Positions 24,686 through 35,182 of a stretch of 64,000 bases of DNA are shown here, piece after piece (the first letter of the stretch is position 1; the number at the start of each line of letters is the position of its first letter). Below the pieces are notes generated by a model, which worked only from the letters and a program-made list of their open reading frames with translations, was not told the origin of the DNA and ran no database searches. This DNA comes from an uncultured virus (IMG/VR IMGVR_UViG_3300008050_000034) (taxonomy: Duplodnaviria; Heunggongvirae; Uroviricota; Caudoviricetes): the IMG/VR virus record IMGVR_UViG_3300008050_000034; one strand, written 5' to 3'. Both the position numbers and the translations under genes were made by a program.

Positions 24686-25019
24686 GCCCCTCGTTAGTTT
24701 GGTAAATGGCAGGTAGAGGACTACCTCCCTTCTCGGCCTTAGTAGAGATATACTCTAAGAGGTCTTCGTCGACAGTCCCAGGGAGGACCTTTCCTTCCTC
24801 ATCGACGATCCACCGGAGACAACTAGAAACATATGCGTCTAGTCGACAGTCATACTTAATAGCGAGAGCCTCAGCTTCATGGTCTACGATGTCCACACAA
24901 CTAATGGCCCAAAAAGGGAAAGAGCCATCGATGGTAGGACCAAATCCGCATTTCGGACACTGCCAAAGTCCCGGTGCGATCTCTATAAGTCTGTGCCTAC
25001 CGTTAAGAGGACAAAACAT
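24627..25019 (-). CDS. Hypothetical protein with zinc-ribbon N-terminus
   Basis: CP..H...WQCPKCG; AAGGA RBS. Confidence 0.6.
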   Translation of the reverse strand: MFCPLNGRHRLIEIAPGLWQCPKCGFGPTIDGSFPFWAISCVDIVDHEAEALAIKYDCRLDAYVSSCLRWIVDEEGKVLPGTVDEDLLEYISTKAEKGGSPLPAIYQTNEGPRPRLRQLAWESHLGPKVL

Positions 25020-25072
25020 AATATTTCCTTAAAGGGGGGCGAACCCCTCTGGGGGGAAGCCCCCCAGAGAGA

Positions 25073-25471
25073 TCACGCCGCATTGAGCTCGGCGATTTTG
25101 CGTCGCCGGGCTGGTTGCTGCTTTTCGATGAACTTCACGAGTGGAGCCACCTTCTTTAGCTCCTCGGCATCGATACTTGGAGATCCCAGTTCCACCCACC
25201 AGATATATTCTTCGTGGGTGAGAAAGGCTTCTCCCTCCTGGAAGGCCAAGCTCTCGATGTACGCGAACTCGTTGAGCTCGGGCTTCTCAGCCTTGAACTC
25301 GTCGTCGTACACGGGACTTGCCAGAACCCGAGCAGCGATCTCCAGACGCTTCCGCTTACTGGCAGCGTCAACCTCGGCCTTGAAGGCCTTTTCCTTCGCC
25401 GATACCTTCTCCTCGACGACAAGGCACTGTGATACAACAGTACCTACAATGGCGCTGATTACTACGAACAT
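25073..25471 (-). CDS. Hypothetical protein
   Basis: AAGGAGGA RBS; promoter TAAA-N14-GGCATAA at 25497-25521; downstream hairpin ~25047-25069. Confidence 0.7.
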   Translation of the reverse strand: MFVVISAIVGTVVSQCLVVEEKVSAKEKAFKAEVDAASKRKRLEIAARVLASPVYDDEFKAEKPELNEFAYIESLAFQEGEAFLTHEEYIWWVELGSPSIDAEELKKVAPLVKFIEKQQPARRRKIAELNAA

Positions 25472-25531
25472 ACTATGTCCTCCTTTGCTGATATATTTAT
25501 GCCGTGTTTCTCAGGTATTTAGGGGGTCTGC

Positions 25532-28500
25532 GTGATCACGTCCGGGCAAGTAAATCAGATGATGATGCAGCAACAGCAGCAGCATCAAATGATGACAACA
25601 CAGGCAGGGATGATGCCCCATCGTGCCGCCCCGGGTATGTCGTCCTACCCGCCACAGTTCTCCTTTGGGATGGCCCACAACGCGAACCAGAGAGCTTCCA
25701 GTCGCGGATTCGACGGAATGATGGGTGCGGCTGGAGGGGTGGTCGGGGCGGCAGGCACTGCCTCTGGAGTTATAGGCCTCGGCACGATGGCAGCCGGAAT
25801 GGCGGGGATAGCTGTCCCCGGAGCACTCGCTGCCGCAGGAGCCCTCCCTACAATGATTGGGCTGGGGGCTGGCGGAGCCATGATCGGTGGCATGGCCCAA
25901 GGTGGGCGGCAGCTTGGCCAAGTAAATCAGATGTTTGGCAACATGGCGTTTGCCAATCCTCAAGCCAGGTACGGCAGAGGTATGTCTACCGGAGACATGC
26001 GCACCATGTATGGCGCTATCCGGTCTATCGAGGCGAATGATCCATTCGTAGGCATGAAGGATGCGATGCAGGTGGCGAATAAGTTCACCGAGATGGGCAT
26101 GCATCAAGGCGTTCAAGACGCAGAAAAACTAGCAGGAAAGGTAAAGGACCTAGGAAAGACACTCGCTAAGATGGCTCGAACGATGGGTACTTCCATCGAA
26201 GAGGCTACTCAGGCATTCGGTCAGATGAGACAGGCAGGGTTCTATACGGCCCAGGATGTCATGGGCAATACCTCCCAAATGAACATCATGCGCGGGCACG
26301 GAATGACTTCTGGTCAGTTCGGGTCTATGCAAGCTGGCGGCGCTGCGATGGCTCGCGGGATGGGTCACTCAGGAAGGACAGGTGCTCGGTTCACTGGGAA
26401 TATGGCCCAGGACTTGATGGGAGCAGTTAGTGCAGGAGCACTTACTGGCGAGCAGCTTATGGACATCACAGGGGCCGGGACCGCCACTGAGGCAGCCTCG
26501 GCTTTCTCCCAGAGAACTATGGGCAACATGTCCAACTTCATGATGAACCAAGGTGCAGGACAAGCGATGCTTGCCGGCCTGGGGGAGATGCGTGACGGGA
26601 AGTTCACTGGAGGAATTAACCAGGCGACTCTACGAAAGATACAGAGCGGAGAGCTGGACCTTAACTCTATTCAGGAGAGAGGCCGTCAGGCTATGTCTAC
26701 TAGGGGCGGAGCTTCCTCTTTTATGCAGATGAGGGAAGACATCAGCGAGAGCGTCCTGGGGAACTCAGAAGGTACGTCTTCTATCGTCAACATCGTCAGA
26801 AATACTCTGAAGGAGAATGCAGGGTACGACGATTCCGACCGGGAGATCTTGCTAAGGCAGCTAACTGGAGCAGATAGGAGACAGGCTCGAGTACTGACTC
26901 AACTTGCTGAAAGGCACATGGAAATTAGGCGTAGACGGCAGGGGGATATGCGGCGAGAGCAGGCTGCTGCAGGCTTTGGTACAGAGATGCGCGAGAATTA
27001 CACGATTGGAGGACAGCTACAGCAAATCAAGGGAAGTATGTCTGAGACCTTTGTTCGCCCGTTCCAGCAAGCGGGGGCAGACATGAAGACCGCCTTTACG
27101 CAAGGAGTGGAAGGATTCTTTGATCGGGCCCTAGGAGTCGAGAGACTGTCTGCAAGTTCTGGAATGTTAGGTCGGAATACAAATGACCTGACCTTAGCGA
27201 GTATGGCTTCCGGGGGAGCAGGAGGCATCGGTGAGAAGGGGTCTGCTCAGAGACGACGACTCATGGAGATGGGTATCGGGTCTGAGCAATTAGCAGCGTT
27301 CCAAGGAGCGTCTACACACAGGACCGGCGGGGATATGGCCGGGAACTATGCGAGAATGGGCAAGATGGACCTGATGCAGAGATCTCTTGCTCACGGGAAC
27401 GGAGGTGCTCGGGACCTCTCCGTCACCGCTCAAGGACAGGTAGCAGATCTGGCAGCTCAACTTCACCTCGCTGACGAGGGCAAGAGGGAGAGCATCCTCG
27501 GCAAAATGCGGGATGTCGTGAAGGGAGAGGCAGGAGATATGAGCGACGATGAGGCAGACGCCACAATCGCAGCTGTCGGGGAGGGATCTGCGAGGGCCGT
27601 GGCTCGGATTAGAGGAAGGAGTGAAGAAGGGGGAGGCCTTGGAAGAAGCATGCTCGGGATCTTCGCCGCCTCGCATGGGCTTGATACTAGGAGTGGGCCT
27701 GCGTCCGATGTGAGAAGACAGCTAAGGGAATTGGGGGATGCGACTCGACCCGCAGGAGCAGATATCAACTGGAACACTGTAGGTGCGTCTGCGATAGCGG
27801 GTGCCACAGTTGTAGGCGGCGTTGGGGCCGGAATAGGAGGAGCTATCGCCGTAGGGACCGCAGGAGTCGGAACTCCGGTCGGAATCGGTACCACTCTTGT
27901 CGGCGCAGGCATTGGCCTCGTAGGCGGCGCTATCATCGGAGGTGCGGGAGTCGCTGCCGCAGTAATCAAATCGGGGCTGGCCGAGGGTGAGCACTCCCAG
28001 ATGATGAAGGAGTTGGAGGGCGGCACAGGGGTTGAGCTTATGGCCAAGCTCAACACCTCAGAGAATATGGCACTGTTCGATCAGATCTACAAAAAGCATG
28101 CGGAGACGACACGCAATGAAGAGGACCGAAACAAAGCGGTAGCTGCGGAATTGAGTCAGAGACTTGGGATCAACGTCAAACCGGCGGACGTAAAGATGGC
28201 CGAGAGGATGTTTACGGCCAAGGCAGGGCGCGGCGCACAAACAAGGACATCCGCTGACCGAAGAGAAACAGTATCCCTGGCAGGCCAAGTAGCGGGACTT
28301 CAGGCGGAGCTGACTACTCAGGCATCTGTAGAGCAGTTCCAGTCTTTCGCTGCTCTTTCTAGAATGGGCTCGGGGATTGATATCCAGGCTGGGGGCGATC
28401 TCGATAAAGCCCTGACCACTCTGGCCGCGAATGATGGTCTCTCTGGCATTGAGGCACACGGACTTATTGGCGATGCTGTCGCTGCTGCGGCCGAGGCAGG

Positions 28501-28975
28501 CATGAGCACCTCGAATTTAGCCTCTAACGCAACCGACTCAACGAGGCTCCTGGCTCAAGGAGCCGAGCAATATAGGGAGCTCCAAGGCCTCGCAGGAGAT
28601 GACGACGGACTAACTCTAGATGAGCTGGCGGCTAAGACCGGTAAGTCCAAGGAAGCCATCCGAGAGGAGTTAGCCGCAGTAGGAATTACTGTATCTGGAG
28701 AGAGGATCTCAGATACAGAGACAGAGAGGGTGATCCGAGGTTACTCCGCCGGGGGAGTGGCAGGTATTGCATCTGAGGGAGCGGCCGGAATCACAGCCTT
28801 CTTGGACGAAGGTAAATCGGACATAGAGAGGCAGACAGAGTCGGTGAGGAAACTAGCCGGAATGGTGGATGCTATGGCCGCTCACCTCACGAACACTCAG
28901 CCCCTCACCGAGGAGGCTAGGGCGTACTTAGATGGTCGGGGCAATCTAACGACCCCAGACGGAGATAGGAGATAA
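25532..28975 (+). CDS. Tape measure protein (putative)
   Basis: 1147 aa, Ala/Gly/Met-rich and helical with Gly-rich hydrophobic stretches; heads the tail module. Confidence 0.7.
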   Translation: MITSGQVNQMMMQQQQQHQMMTTQAGMMPHRAAPGMSSYPPQFSFGMAHNANQRASSRGFDGMMGAAGGVVGAAGTASGVIGLGTMAAGMAGIAVPGALAAAGALPTMIGLGAGGAMIGGMAQGGRQLGQVNQMFGNMAFANPQARYGRGMSTGDMRTMYGAIRSIEANDPFVGMKDAMQVANKFTEMGMHQGVQDAEKLAGKVKDLGKTLAKMARTMGTSIEEATQAFGQMRQAGFYTAQDVMGNTSQMNIMRGHGMTSGQFGSMQAGGAAMARGMGHSGRTGARFTGNMAQDLMGAVSAGALTGEQLMDITGAGTATEAASAFSQRTMGNMSNFMMNQGAGQAMLAGLGEMRDGKFTGGINQATLRKIQSGELDLNSIQERGRQAMSTRGGASSFMQMREDISESVLGNSEGTSSIVNIVRNTLKENAGYDDSDREILLRQLTGADRRQARVLTQLAERHMEIRRRRQGDMRREQAAAGFGTEMRENYTIGGQLQQIKGSMSETFVRPFQQAGADMKTAFTQGVEGFFDRALGVERLSASSGMLGRNTNDLTLASMASGGAGGIGEKGSAQRRRLMEMGIGSEQLAAFQGASTHRTGGDMAGNYARMGKMDLMQRSLAHGNGGARDLSVTAQGQVADLAAQLHLADEGKRESILGKMRDVVKGEAGDMSDDEADATIAAVGEGSARAVARIRGRSEEGGGLGRSMLGIFAASHGLDTRSGPASDVRRQLRELGDATRPAGADINWNTVGASAIAGATVVGGVGAGIGGAIAVGTAGVGTPVGIGTTLVGAGIGLVGGAIIGGAGVAAAVIKSGLAEGEHSQMMKELEGGTGVELMAKLNTSENMALFDQIYKKHAETTRNEEDRNKAVAAELSQRLGINVKPADVKMAERMFTAKAGRGAQTRTSADRRETVSLAGQVAGLQAELTTQASVEQFQSFAALSRMGSGIDIQAGGDLDKALTTLAANDGLSGIEAHGLIGDAVAAAAEAGMSTSNLASNATDSTRLLAQGAEQYRELQGLAGDDDGLTLDELAAKTGKSKEAIREELAAVGITVSGERISDTETERVIRGYSAGGVAGIASEGAAGITAFLDEGKSDIERQTESVRKLAGMVDAMAAHLTNTQPLTEEARAYLDGRGNLTTPDGDRR

Positions 28976-28978
28976 ACA

Positions 28979-29245
28979 ATGGCGTACGAAGAAATAGATA
29001 TGGAGAACGTTCAGATAGCGTCCATGATCTCTGATACCAGGACGGAAGCGGGCTGGACTTATCGTGACGTGTCCGGAATTAAACAGTCCGTAACTATTGT
29101 AGAATTCCCGACAGTAGACGATATGTTGGAGTTGGGAATGAAGAACATCGCGGCACAGAAGAAGTTCGGGGTCGAGTACACCTCGATCATGTCGTACGAC
29201 ATAGTCACTCAGATAGTTAGAGTGCACCTACCTGTGGAGCGATAA
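28979..29245 (+). CDS. Hypothetical protein
   Basis: AGGAG RBS. Confidence 0.65.
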   Translation: MAYEEIDMENVQIASMISDTRTEAGWTYRDVSGIKQSVTIVEFPTVDDMLELGMKNIAAQKKFGVEYTSIMSYDIVTQIVRVHLPVER

Positions 29246-30964
29246 ATGGGAAATCCGACAACAGTCTTCCAAGAGATTGGCAATGAACTATTTGATGCAG
29301 TACACAGTTCCTCGGACGGCCTATTCTCTAGTGCCCCTACAGCCGACTCCTGGACAGGAAGCCGCTCCGTAGCAGGCGACCGGTTCATTCGACGGCCTAT
29401 GCGAGGTATCACCGTAAAGGCCGACACCTACGCTACGCTCGCTATTACTGGAATTAATCAAGGCCTTTACAACTCTTCGGTTAGGCCGAGGGAGTCGGAT
29501 GAGACTCTCATGAGCGACTACCAGTACACTACCAACTTCCTTCTGCAATCCATCACTGAAACACGAAATGAGAAGACGCAGTTAGTTACTACATTTGGCG
29601 CTACATACGCATTCTTCTTCGGTGAGCAGCCTAGAATACTCAACTGCTCTGCAATCCTGCTGAACGCTGCCAACTTTGATTGGGAGCGTGAATGGTGGGC
29701 TAACTATTCTGAGTTCTTGAGGGGGACCAGCTTAGCTGCCCTAAATGCTAAAGCTACTCTCGAGTACGACGGCTATGTAATAACTGGGTACCTGACGAAC
29801 TCAACGACTATTAAACAGGCATCTGATCCTCAAGTCGTACAGCTGAACTTCTCTATGTTTGTAGAGAGCGTTAGTGGGATGGACGGTGTTGGGGACACAA
29901 GAGCTGTAGCGATGGGGGCTAGACAGAATGCGGAGCTGCTAGGAGTAGGGGACGCAACTGGGCGATCGGCAGAATCGTACACCTCGACGACCGCAGCCGT
30001 GAGAAAAGCCAACATAGCCTTACAGCAGCAGGGAGGGTTTCTTGGGTTTGTGAGCAAAGCTGCGGGAGCTATCTCCGATGCGGGAGCTCTGCTCGATCAA
30101 GGTATTCACAAGATGCGGAACATGCTCTACGGCAGGAACCTTATTCTGCCCGTTGGGTATACGAGTGCTCGTGCGAGCGTCCCCATCTTCCCGGAAGGAA
30201 CCGGGGTAGATGACTTAGCGGGGCAAACGTTCAGCACGGGGACCTTTACAGGAGACCTAAGTTTCATATCCACGGACGCTAACCCTAGTCCCGGAGCCCA
30301 CAATATAGTGGTGCGGTCCAATACCGATGGCTACTTAGGCACTGATGCGAGGACTTCAAAGTTCCAGACTGAGGCCCAGCACTACTATCAGAACTTCGAC
30401 GAATACGTGAACTACCCTCCAAATACGACGGCAGACGCGCTTACTGAGGCCCTCTTAAGTGAGTCAGTTATAGATCAAGCGGCTGTCGGCTACCCACTAA
30501 ACGCCTCAGCTGTCTCTGCATTTACGGCTATGGGGCTATCCAAGCACGTGAAGCCTCTCACCGACTTGGGGGATCCGTTCACCACTGCCATGACGCTTAA
30601 CAAGGCGGCGGTTGCTCAAGAGGTTGCGTTCACAGTGATCAATACCCTTGCTAGGGTGGCCTACGGGGGAATGGTTATGGCCATCGGAGATAGTATCGTC
30701 AACAGCCGAAAGGAACTACAGGACTCTATTGAGAATCCGAACTCAGGGAACCTTGATGCGGCTGTCTTGGAGTCCACGTTAGCCTCTATGACCGAAGAAT
30801 CCCTCTCGGCCGAGCAAGAGCGCCTCGTAAATGAGGCCCAAGCAAATAACAATACAGTCTACAAACCTACCCAATCTGCCTCGGATTCCGAGGTTGCAGA
30901 CCTGCGTGGAGAGACTGGTACCACTTACAACGTGGCAGAAGCCATCTTGTCGACGATATTGTAG
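29246..30964 (+). CDS. Putative tail tube-fold / baseplate initiator protein
   Basis: Position after the TMP; NFLLQSITE..EK.Q...TFG..YAFFFGEQPR beta-rich domain. Confidence 0.5.
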   Translation: MGNPTTVFQEIGNELFDAVHSSSDGLFSSAPTADSWTGSRSVAGDRFIRRPMRGITVKADTYATLAITGINQGLYNSSVRPRESDETLMSDYQYTTNFLLQSITETRNEKTQLVTTFGATYAFFFGEQPRILNCSAILLNAANFDWEREWWANYSEFLRGTSLAALNAKATLEYDGYVITGYLTNSTTIKQASDPQVVQLNFSMFVESVSGMDGVGDTRAVAMGARQNAELLGVGDATGRSAESYTSTTAAVRKANIALQQQGGFLGFVSKAAGAISDAGALLDQGIHKMRNMLYGRNLILPVGYTSARASVPIFPEGTGVDDLAGQTFSTGTFTGDLSFISTDANPSPGAHNIVVRSNTDGYLGTDARTSKFQTEAQHYYQNFDEYVNYPPNTTADALTEALLSESVIDQAAVGYPLNASAVSAFTAMGLSKHVKPLTDLGDPFTTAMTLNKAAVAQEVAFTVINTLARVAYGGMVMAIGDSIVNSRKELQDSIENPNSGNLDAAVLESTLASMTEESLSAEQERLVNEAQANNNTVYKPTQSASDSEVADLRGETGTTYNVAEAILSTIL

Positions 30965-30971
30965 GTGATGC

Positions 30972-33900
30972 ATGAGTAACTATGAGCTATCAGGTACGGG
31001 CGTAGCGCAGTATATAGACTGTAGGCTGTTCTTAGAGGGGGTTGAAGTTCCCGTTATCAGTGCGTCGGTCACTGCGAACCTAAACAGTCCCGCCTCTGCA
31101 AGTATTCAGATCATCCCGGAAGATAGCTTAGCTACGTTTCAGGCCAGGACGGTAGTCCACCTATTCTACTTAGACACTGATAGTTACGTAGGAAGTGGAG
31201 ATCAAAGGCCGGCAGACCGGCACTATAAGCTCATGTTTTGCGGTGAGGTATTCTCCACAGCCTTGAGCAAGTCAGGATCTGGGGCCCGATCTTGTACTTT
31301 AAGCTGCCTGGATTTCTCTAATGTTTGGGATACGAACTACTCCTACATCCTGCGGTACGGACAAGATGCTAACCAGACTGGCGGCGCTATCGTAGCTAAC
31401 CAGGGCGTCTTCCTTGGTGCAGGTAGCAATACCTCAAACCCGTTTGATGACATCGTGAGCTCCCCTGCCATGGTGGTGCGGAGATTTTCCTCCGCAACGC
31501 CAGGTCATCCAAACATCAATGGGACAGGCAATAGTTGCCTGGGAGGGCTTCTCTCTATTCTAGAGCTATTGAGCGGAGTCCAAGGACTCTACTTCGGAGT
31601 CAACCCTTGGGCTACTGTGACAGAGCGCAGAACCCGAGTACTAGAATCGATAATCACAGACTCAGGGGAAGTTGCCGCAGCTTTGTACGACCAGCAGGTC
31701 TTCGCAGACTGGCTCCAGAATAAGACTGGACACGCTGGGTCGGTAATTAGCTTCCGACAGATCGTCGACATGATTCTTGGATATGTCTACTACGACTTCG
31801 TTCCCAATCCGACTCCTTATTACACTCGAGGGTCGGATGGGTCTGGGAACCCAGGAAGGCACACTCCGGCATATCGAGTAGAGGAGGGATCTGCGACAGG
31901 CAGCGCCCTGATGACGACACTTACCGAGACCTTTGGGGTAAGCGCGAAGATAGGGGGCCTTAGGGAGGAGTTCGCCGAAAAGTGCGTTGAGGTCCTGACG
32001 AAGCTGAAAGAGTCCAACATTAAGGACACCGTCAGCCAGGTAGAGGGAGTTCTCAGCCGAGGTTGGGCAGTTACTTCCGCTTACAGAGAAGTGGATGACA
32101 GGATGCGTATATCGAAGGTGACCAGGGCGAAAGCAATCGAGATGAGGCCCGACTACGCGCACGATAACGGATTCGCGATGGACATCAGCCTCGTCAAGAG
32201 GTCTACTTATAACTGTGGTAACCATCCTTGGAGGCTGTCTACCGACAGTACCAATGTAATTGGCCTTCAGCCTGACGGAAGTAACAGCTCTCACATTCTA
32301 AGAAGATGGCGGCACGCCCTGTGGTACCTACAGGGAGTCGAAGGGGGAGCCCTATACAATCAAGCAGTCACAGAGGATGTGGATGCTGTAGCCGCCCTTA
32401 TAATGAACAATAGATCGTCAATGGCAGGGTTTGGAGGCCAGAACGAAGCAGGCAATGCGAAGTTAGAGTCAGATGTGGTGTTTATCAAGGAGGCGATGGT
32501 CCCTTTTTACAACAAGCTGGAAGAGATACTCGACGAAGTGGGAGGCCTCTCCTGGGGAGGTAGCTGGACTAATAGGAAGTGCCCCTTCTACAACATGATG
32601 GGAATCGGTTGGGATCCGGTCCACTTTCAGCTGGCCGGCTGGAAAGGGAAGATGGACGAGCCAACAATCGGAGGAGTATCCGCCCCAACTATCACCGTCT
32701 CCGATGGTCGAGAGCGAGAAAGGCTTCACTCTTTTATCTTCAGGCCCAACATCTGGTTCGCTGCTCCCCCTCGATGTAATGTCATGTTCCCCGATGACAT
32801 AGAGAACTTCTCTTACCAACGACAGATGATGAGAGAGACAACGAGGCTCCAGCTAGACTCGTACAACCAGTTCTACGAAAGTGCGATTGTTAATCAGTAC
32901 TACTTCGCTCCTCAGTTCGAGGAGGGATCTAGTCTCGAGATCGGAGGGATCGGTAGTGTCTCCAAACTGATTGTGTACGAGCACGAGAAGTTCAGTGGGA
33001 TTATCCCGAAGATGGAAAGGATCTCTGAGATCTCCTTCTATGCAAAGCAAGAAGGAGGCAGGCAAGATCTTCGCTACAACACCGATAACCAGGTCATCGG
33101 AGGAATGGATAGCAGCGGACAGAACGTATCCGCTGTAGTGGAGAATGAGGCCGGGACGGACTCCAAGAAGACTCTCGAGGACTATGCTCAGCAAGTTGCT
33201 CACTTCAATCTACTGACTCATAGATATGACTCTAGGACGGGTTCCTTCTCTGCAAGATTCTTGCCCCGACTGGCCGTAGGCTTCCCTGCAGTAATCATAG
33301 ATAAGCCTCTGAACCAGGCGCAGGTGGACGGTTCTGATGTCAAAGTCGAGACGCGTCCCATTCCCCTGGGGGAGACTCGTCCCGTACACTGGCTGGGCAT
33401 GATTGATAGTCTTACGCACACCATTAACCAGTCAGGTGCGCGCTCTTCCGGAAGTCTGAAGTACGTCAGGTCTCACCGTACTGGAGACGAGACCGATGAC
33501 CTATTCTGTGAGAATCTGACTGATCAGGCGAAATTGGCCATCCAAGACACGTCATTCAAGATAGATACGGGAGACCAACTCTACAATCTTGCGGAGACCG
33601 CTTGGGCCTCGGACGGCACTACAGGCACCGATGACTGGATGATGCAACGACTCGTTGCATCTACTATGGGCTTGCCAACCTCTGCAGGCCTCGTGGCGAC
33701 TTGTCATGCCTGGGGCTCTCTCCAGGCTCAAACCAAGGGAGAGTGGGCACAACAGCTATCGAGCTCGGCGCTGGGGCGGGGAATTGAGAACCAAGCAACA
33801 TCCCAAACTCGCAGGCCCGTACCGTCGGACCAAAAGGGCTTTACGGGGAGAATATCAGTCCCTGCATCTCTTAAGACCGGTGCAGGTGAGGTAATTCGTC

Positions 33901-34973
33901 GGGCCTACTACACCGGAGAACCTACTCCCGTGATTGTGTATTGGAAGTGGGATCATGACTCAGTCGGTATGGCATCTGCCATTTCAATCTTCCCCGTAGA
34001 GGGGGCCAGCGCTCCTGCACTAAAGGAGAGAGGGTTTAGGCCTCTATCGCAGTCTGAGCTCCTCACCGGGGACCTGCAGGAGAAGATCAAGGGCAGCCCT
34101 GGGGTGGCCGTTAGGCTGGACTGGGAGGTTCGGGTTGAGGCCGTGGCTGGGCCGGCCGACAGTGAGTCCACCGCTTTTTATGACTATGTTGCCCTCCGAG
34201 AGCAAGTCATTTGGCTTCCCGGAGACACCCTAAACGTTCAGGTACAGGATACCTCCAGTGCGGGAGGAGGTAGGCAGCTACCGGTAGAGGAAGCCATCAT
34301 GCCTCCCTGGGTTTCTGATGAGTACAAGAATGCAAACATCGGAGATAAGATATACCTGCCGTTTTTTGGGTGCAGCTCCATTGTCGATGCGATAAAAGGC
34401 CATGAAACATACGATGATTTGAGCACCCACTCAGTTGAGCAGGCCGTAGATCAGATCGCTATGGAGTATTCCATCCATACGAACAGTGGCAGGACCCAAG
34501 CACTCAGCTATACAAGAAGCTTCAGCAGGCCTGTTGCAACGTTCCCGGATGTTCTGTATCCCAAGGGATGGCATATCTCGCAAGCATTCCCGGAGGGGGA
34601 CGGGTATGTCGTTAGTACTTGGACAGTCCTCGATACGGCGGATGCTAGTGATCCGGAGAAGGTTAAGATGAGTGGCGGATTTCACTCAGGGTGCGTATCT
34701 GGAACATCTCTAGAGTTCGGCAACGCATTAGAGTATCTAGATATCGTAGGCAAGAGGATGTCCTCTAGGATGTCTCTGTCTGAGAAAGACACCATTAGTG
34801 AAGCAGAGGCAGAGAAGCTAGATCCTCGCGCAGAAAGAGCCTCCCGTGTTATAAGATACCGGACTGCTATCCGGGGTGCATCAGCTCTCAAGAGCCTCGG
34901 GAGTGTGACAGGGGATCAACATGTTCTACCGGGCGCACTAGGCAAAGTAGTAGGAATAGGAAGACTAGGATGA
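30972..34973 (+). CDS. Putative baseplate hub protein with inserted peptidase M15 domain
   Basis: N-terminal RLFLEGVEVPV...ASIQI hub-like strands; VTSAYR, AHDNGFAMDI, WGGSW, DPVHFQL. Confidence 0.65.
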   Translation: MSNYELSGTGVAQYIDCRLFLEGVEVPVISASVTANLNSPASASIQIIPEDSLATFQARTVVHLFYLDTDSYVGSGDQRPADRHYKLMFCGEVFSTALSKSGSGARSCTLSCLDFSNVWDTNYSYILRYGQDANQTGGAIVANQGVFLGAGSNTSNPFDDIVSSPAMVVRRFSSATPGHPNINGTGNSCLGGLLSILELLSGVQGLYFGVNPWATVTERRTRVLESIITDSGEVAAALYDQQVFADWLQNKTGHAGSVISFRQIVDMILGYVYYDFVPNPTPYYTRGSDGSGNPGRHTPAYRVEEGSATGSALMTTLTETFGVSAKIGGLREEFAEKCVEVLTKLKESNIKDTVSQVEGVLSRGWAVTSAYREVDDRMRISKVTRAKAIEMRPDYAHDNGFAMDISLVKRSTYNCGNHPWRLSTDSTNVIGLQPDGSNSSHILRRWRHALWYLQGVEGGALYNQAVTEDVDAVAALIMNNRSSMAGFGGQNEAGNAKLESDVVFIKEAMVPFYNKLEEILDEVGGLSWGGSWTNRKCPFYNMMGIGWDPVHFQLAGWKGKMDEPTIGGVSAPTITVSDGRERERLHSFIFRPNIWFAAPPRCNVMFPDDIENFSYQRQMMRETTRLQLDSYNQFYESAIVNQYYFAPQFEEGSSLEIGGIGSVSKLIVYEHEKFSGIIPKMERISEISFYAKQEGGRQDLRYNTDNQVIGGMDSSGQNVSAVVENEAGTDSKKTLEDYAQQVAHFNLLTHRYDSRTGSFSARFLPRLAVGFPAVIIDKPLNQAQVDGSDVKVETRPIPLGETRPVHWLGMIDSLTHTINQSGARSSGSLKYVRSHRTGDETDDLFCENLTDQAKLAIQDTSFKIDTGDQLYNLAETAWASDGTTGTDDWMMQRLVASTMGLPTSAGLVATCHAWGSLQAQTKGEWAQQLSSSALGRGIENQATSQTRRPVPSDQKGFTGRISVPASLKTGAGEVIRRAYYTGEPTPVIVYWKWDHDSVGMASAISIFPVEGASAPALKERGFRPLSQSELLTGDLQEKIKGSPGVAVRLDWEVRVEAVAGPADSESTAFYDYVALREQVIWLPGDTLNVQVQDTSSAGGGRQLPVEEAIMPPWVSDEYKNANIGDKIYLPFFGCSSIVDAIKGHETYDDLSTHSVEQAVDQIAMEYSIHTNSGRTQALSYTRSFSRPVATFPDVLYPKGWHISQAFPEGDGYVVSTWTVLDTADASDPEKVKMSGGFHSGCVSGTSLEFGNALEYLDIVGKRMSSRMSLSEKDTISEAEAEKLDPRAERASRVIRYRTAIRGASALKSLGSVTGDQHVLPGALGKVVGIGRLG

Positions 34974-35182
34974 TTGATCAAACAACACTCGCAATCTTTT
35001 TTGATGAAATGAAGACGGCTATGGCCCCTCCTCCTGCTGCAGTAGGAAAGATGTCCAAGTCTATGAAAGCCCTTCTTGGCGTAACTGCCGTCGGCGGTGT
35101 CGCCGCTGGAGTCAAGGGCGACCAGGCACGAAGAGACCTGATGACAGGTCGAGCCATGCGTCGGTCACAGAGAGGTTACTAA
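34970..35182 (+). CDS. Small hypothetical (possibly virion) protein
   Basis: ATGA overlap; FFDEMKTA motif. Confidence 0.6.
   Translation: MIDQTTLAIFFDEMKTAMAPPPAAVGKMSKSMKALLGVTAVGGVAAGVKGDQARRDLMTGRAMRRSQRGY

Noticed and set aside
25555..25615. Poly-Gln/Met tract at the TMP N-terminus as a contingency repeat
   Set aside because: Mixed CAG/CAA/ATG codons; simple low-complexity protein sequence.
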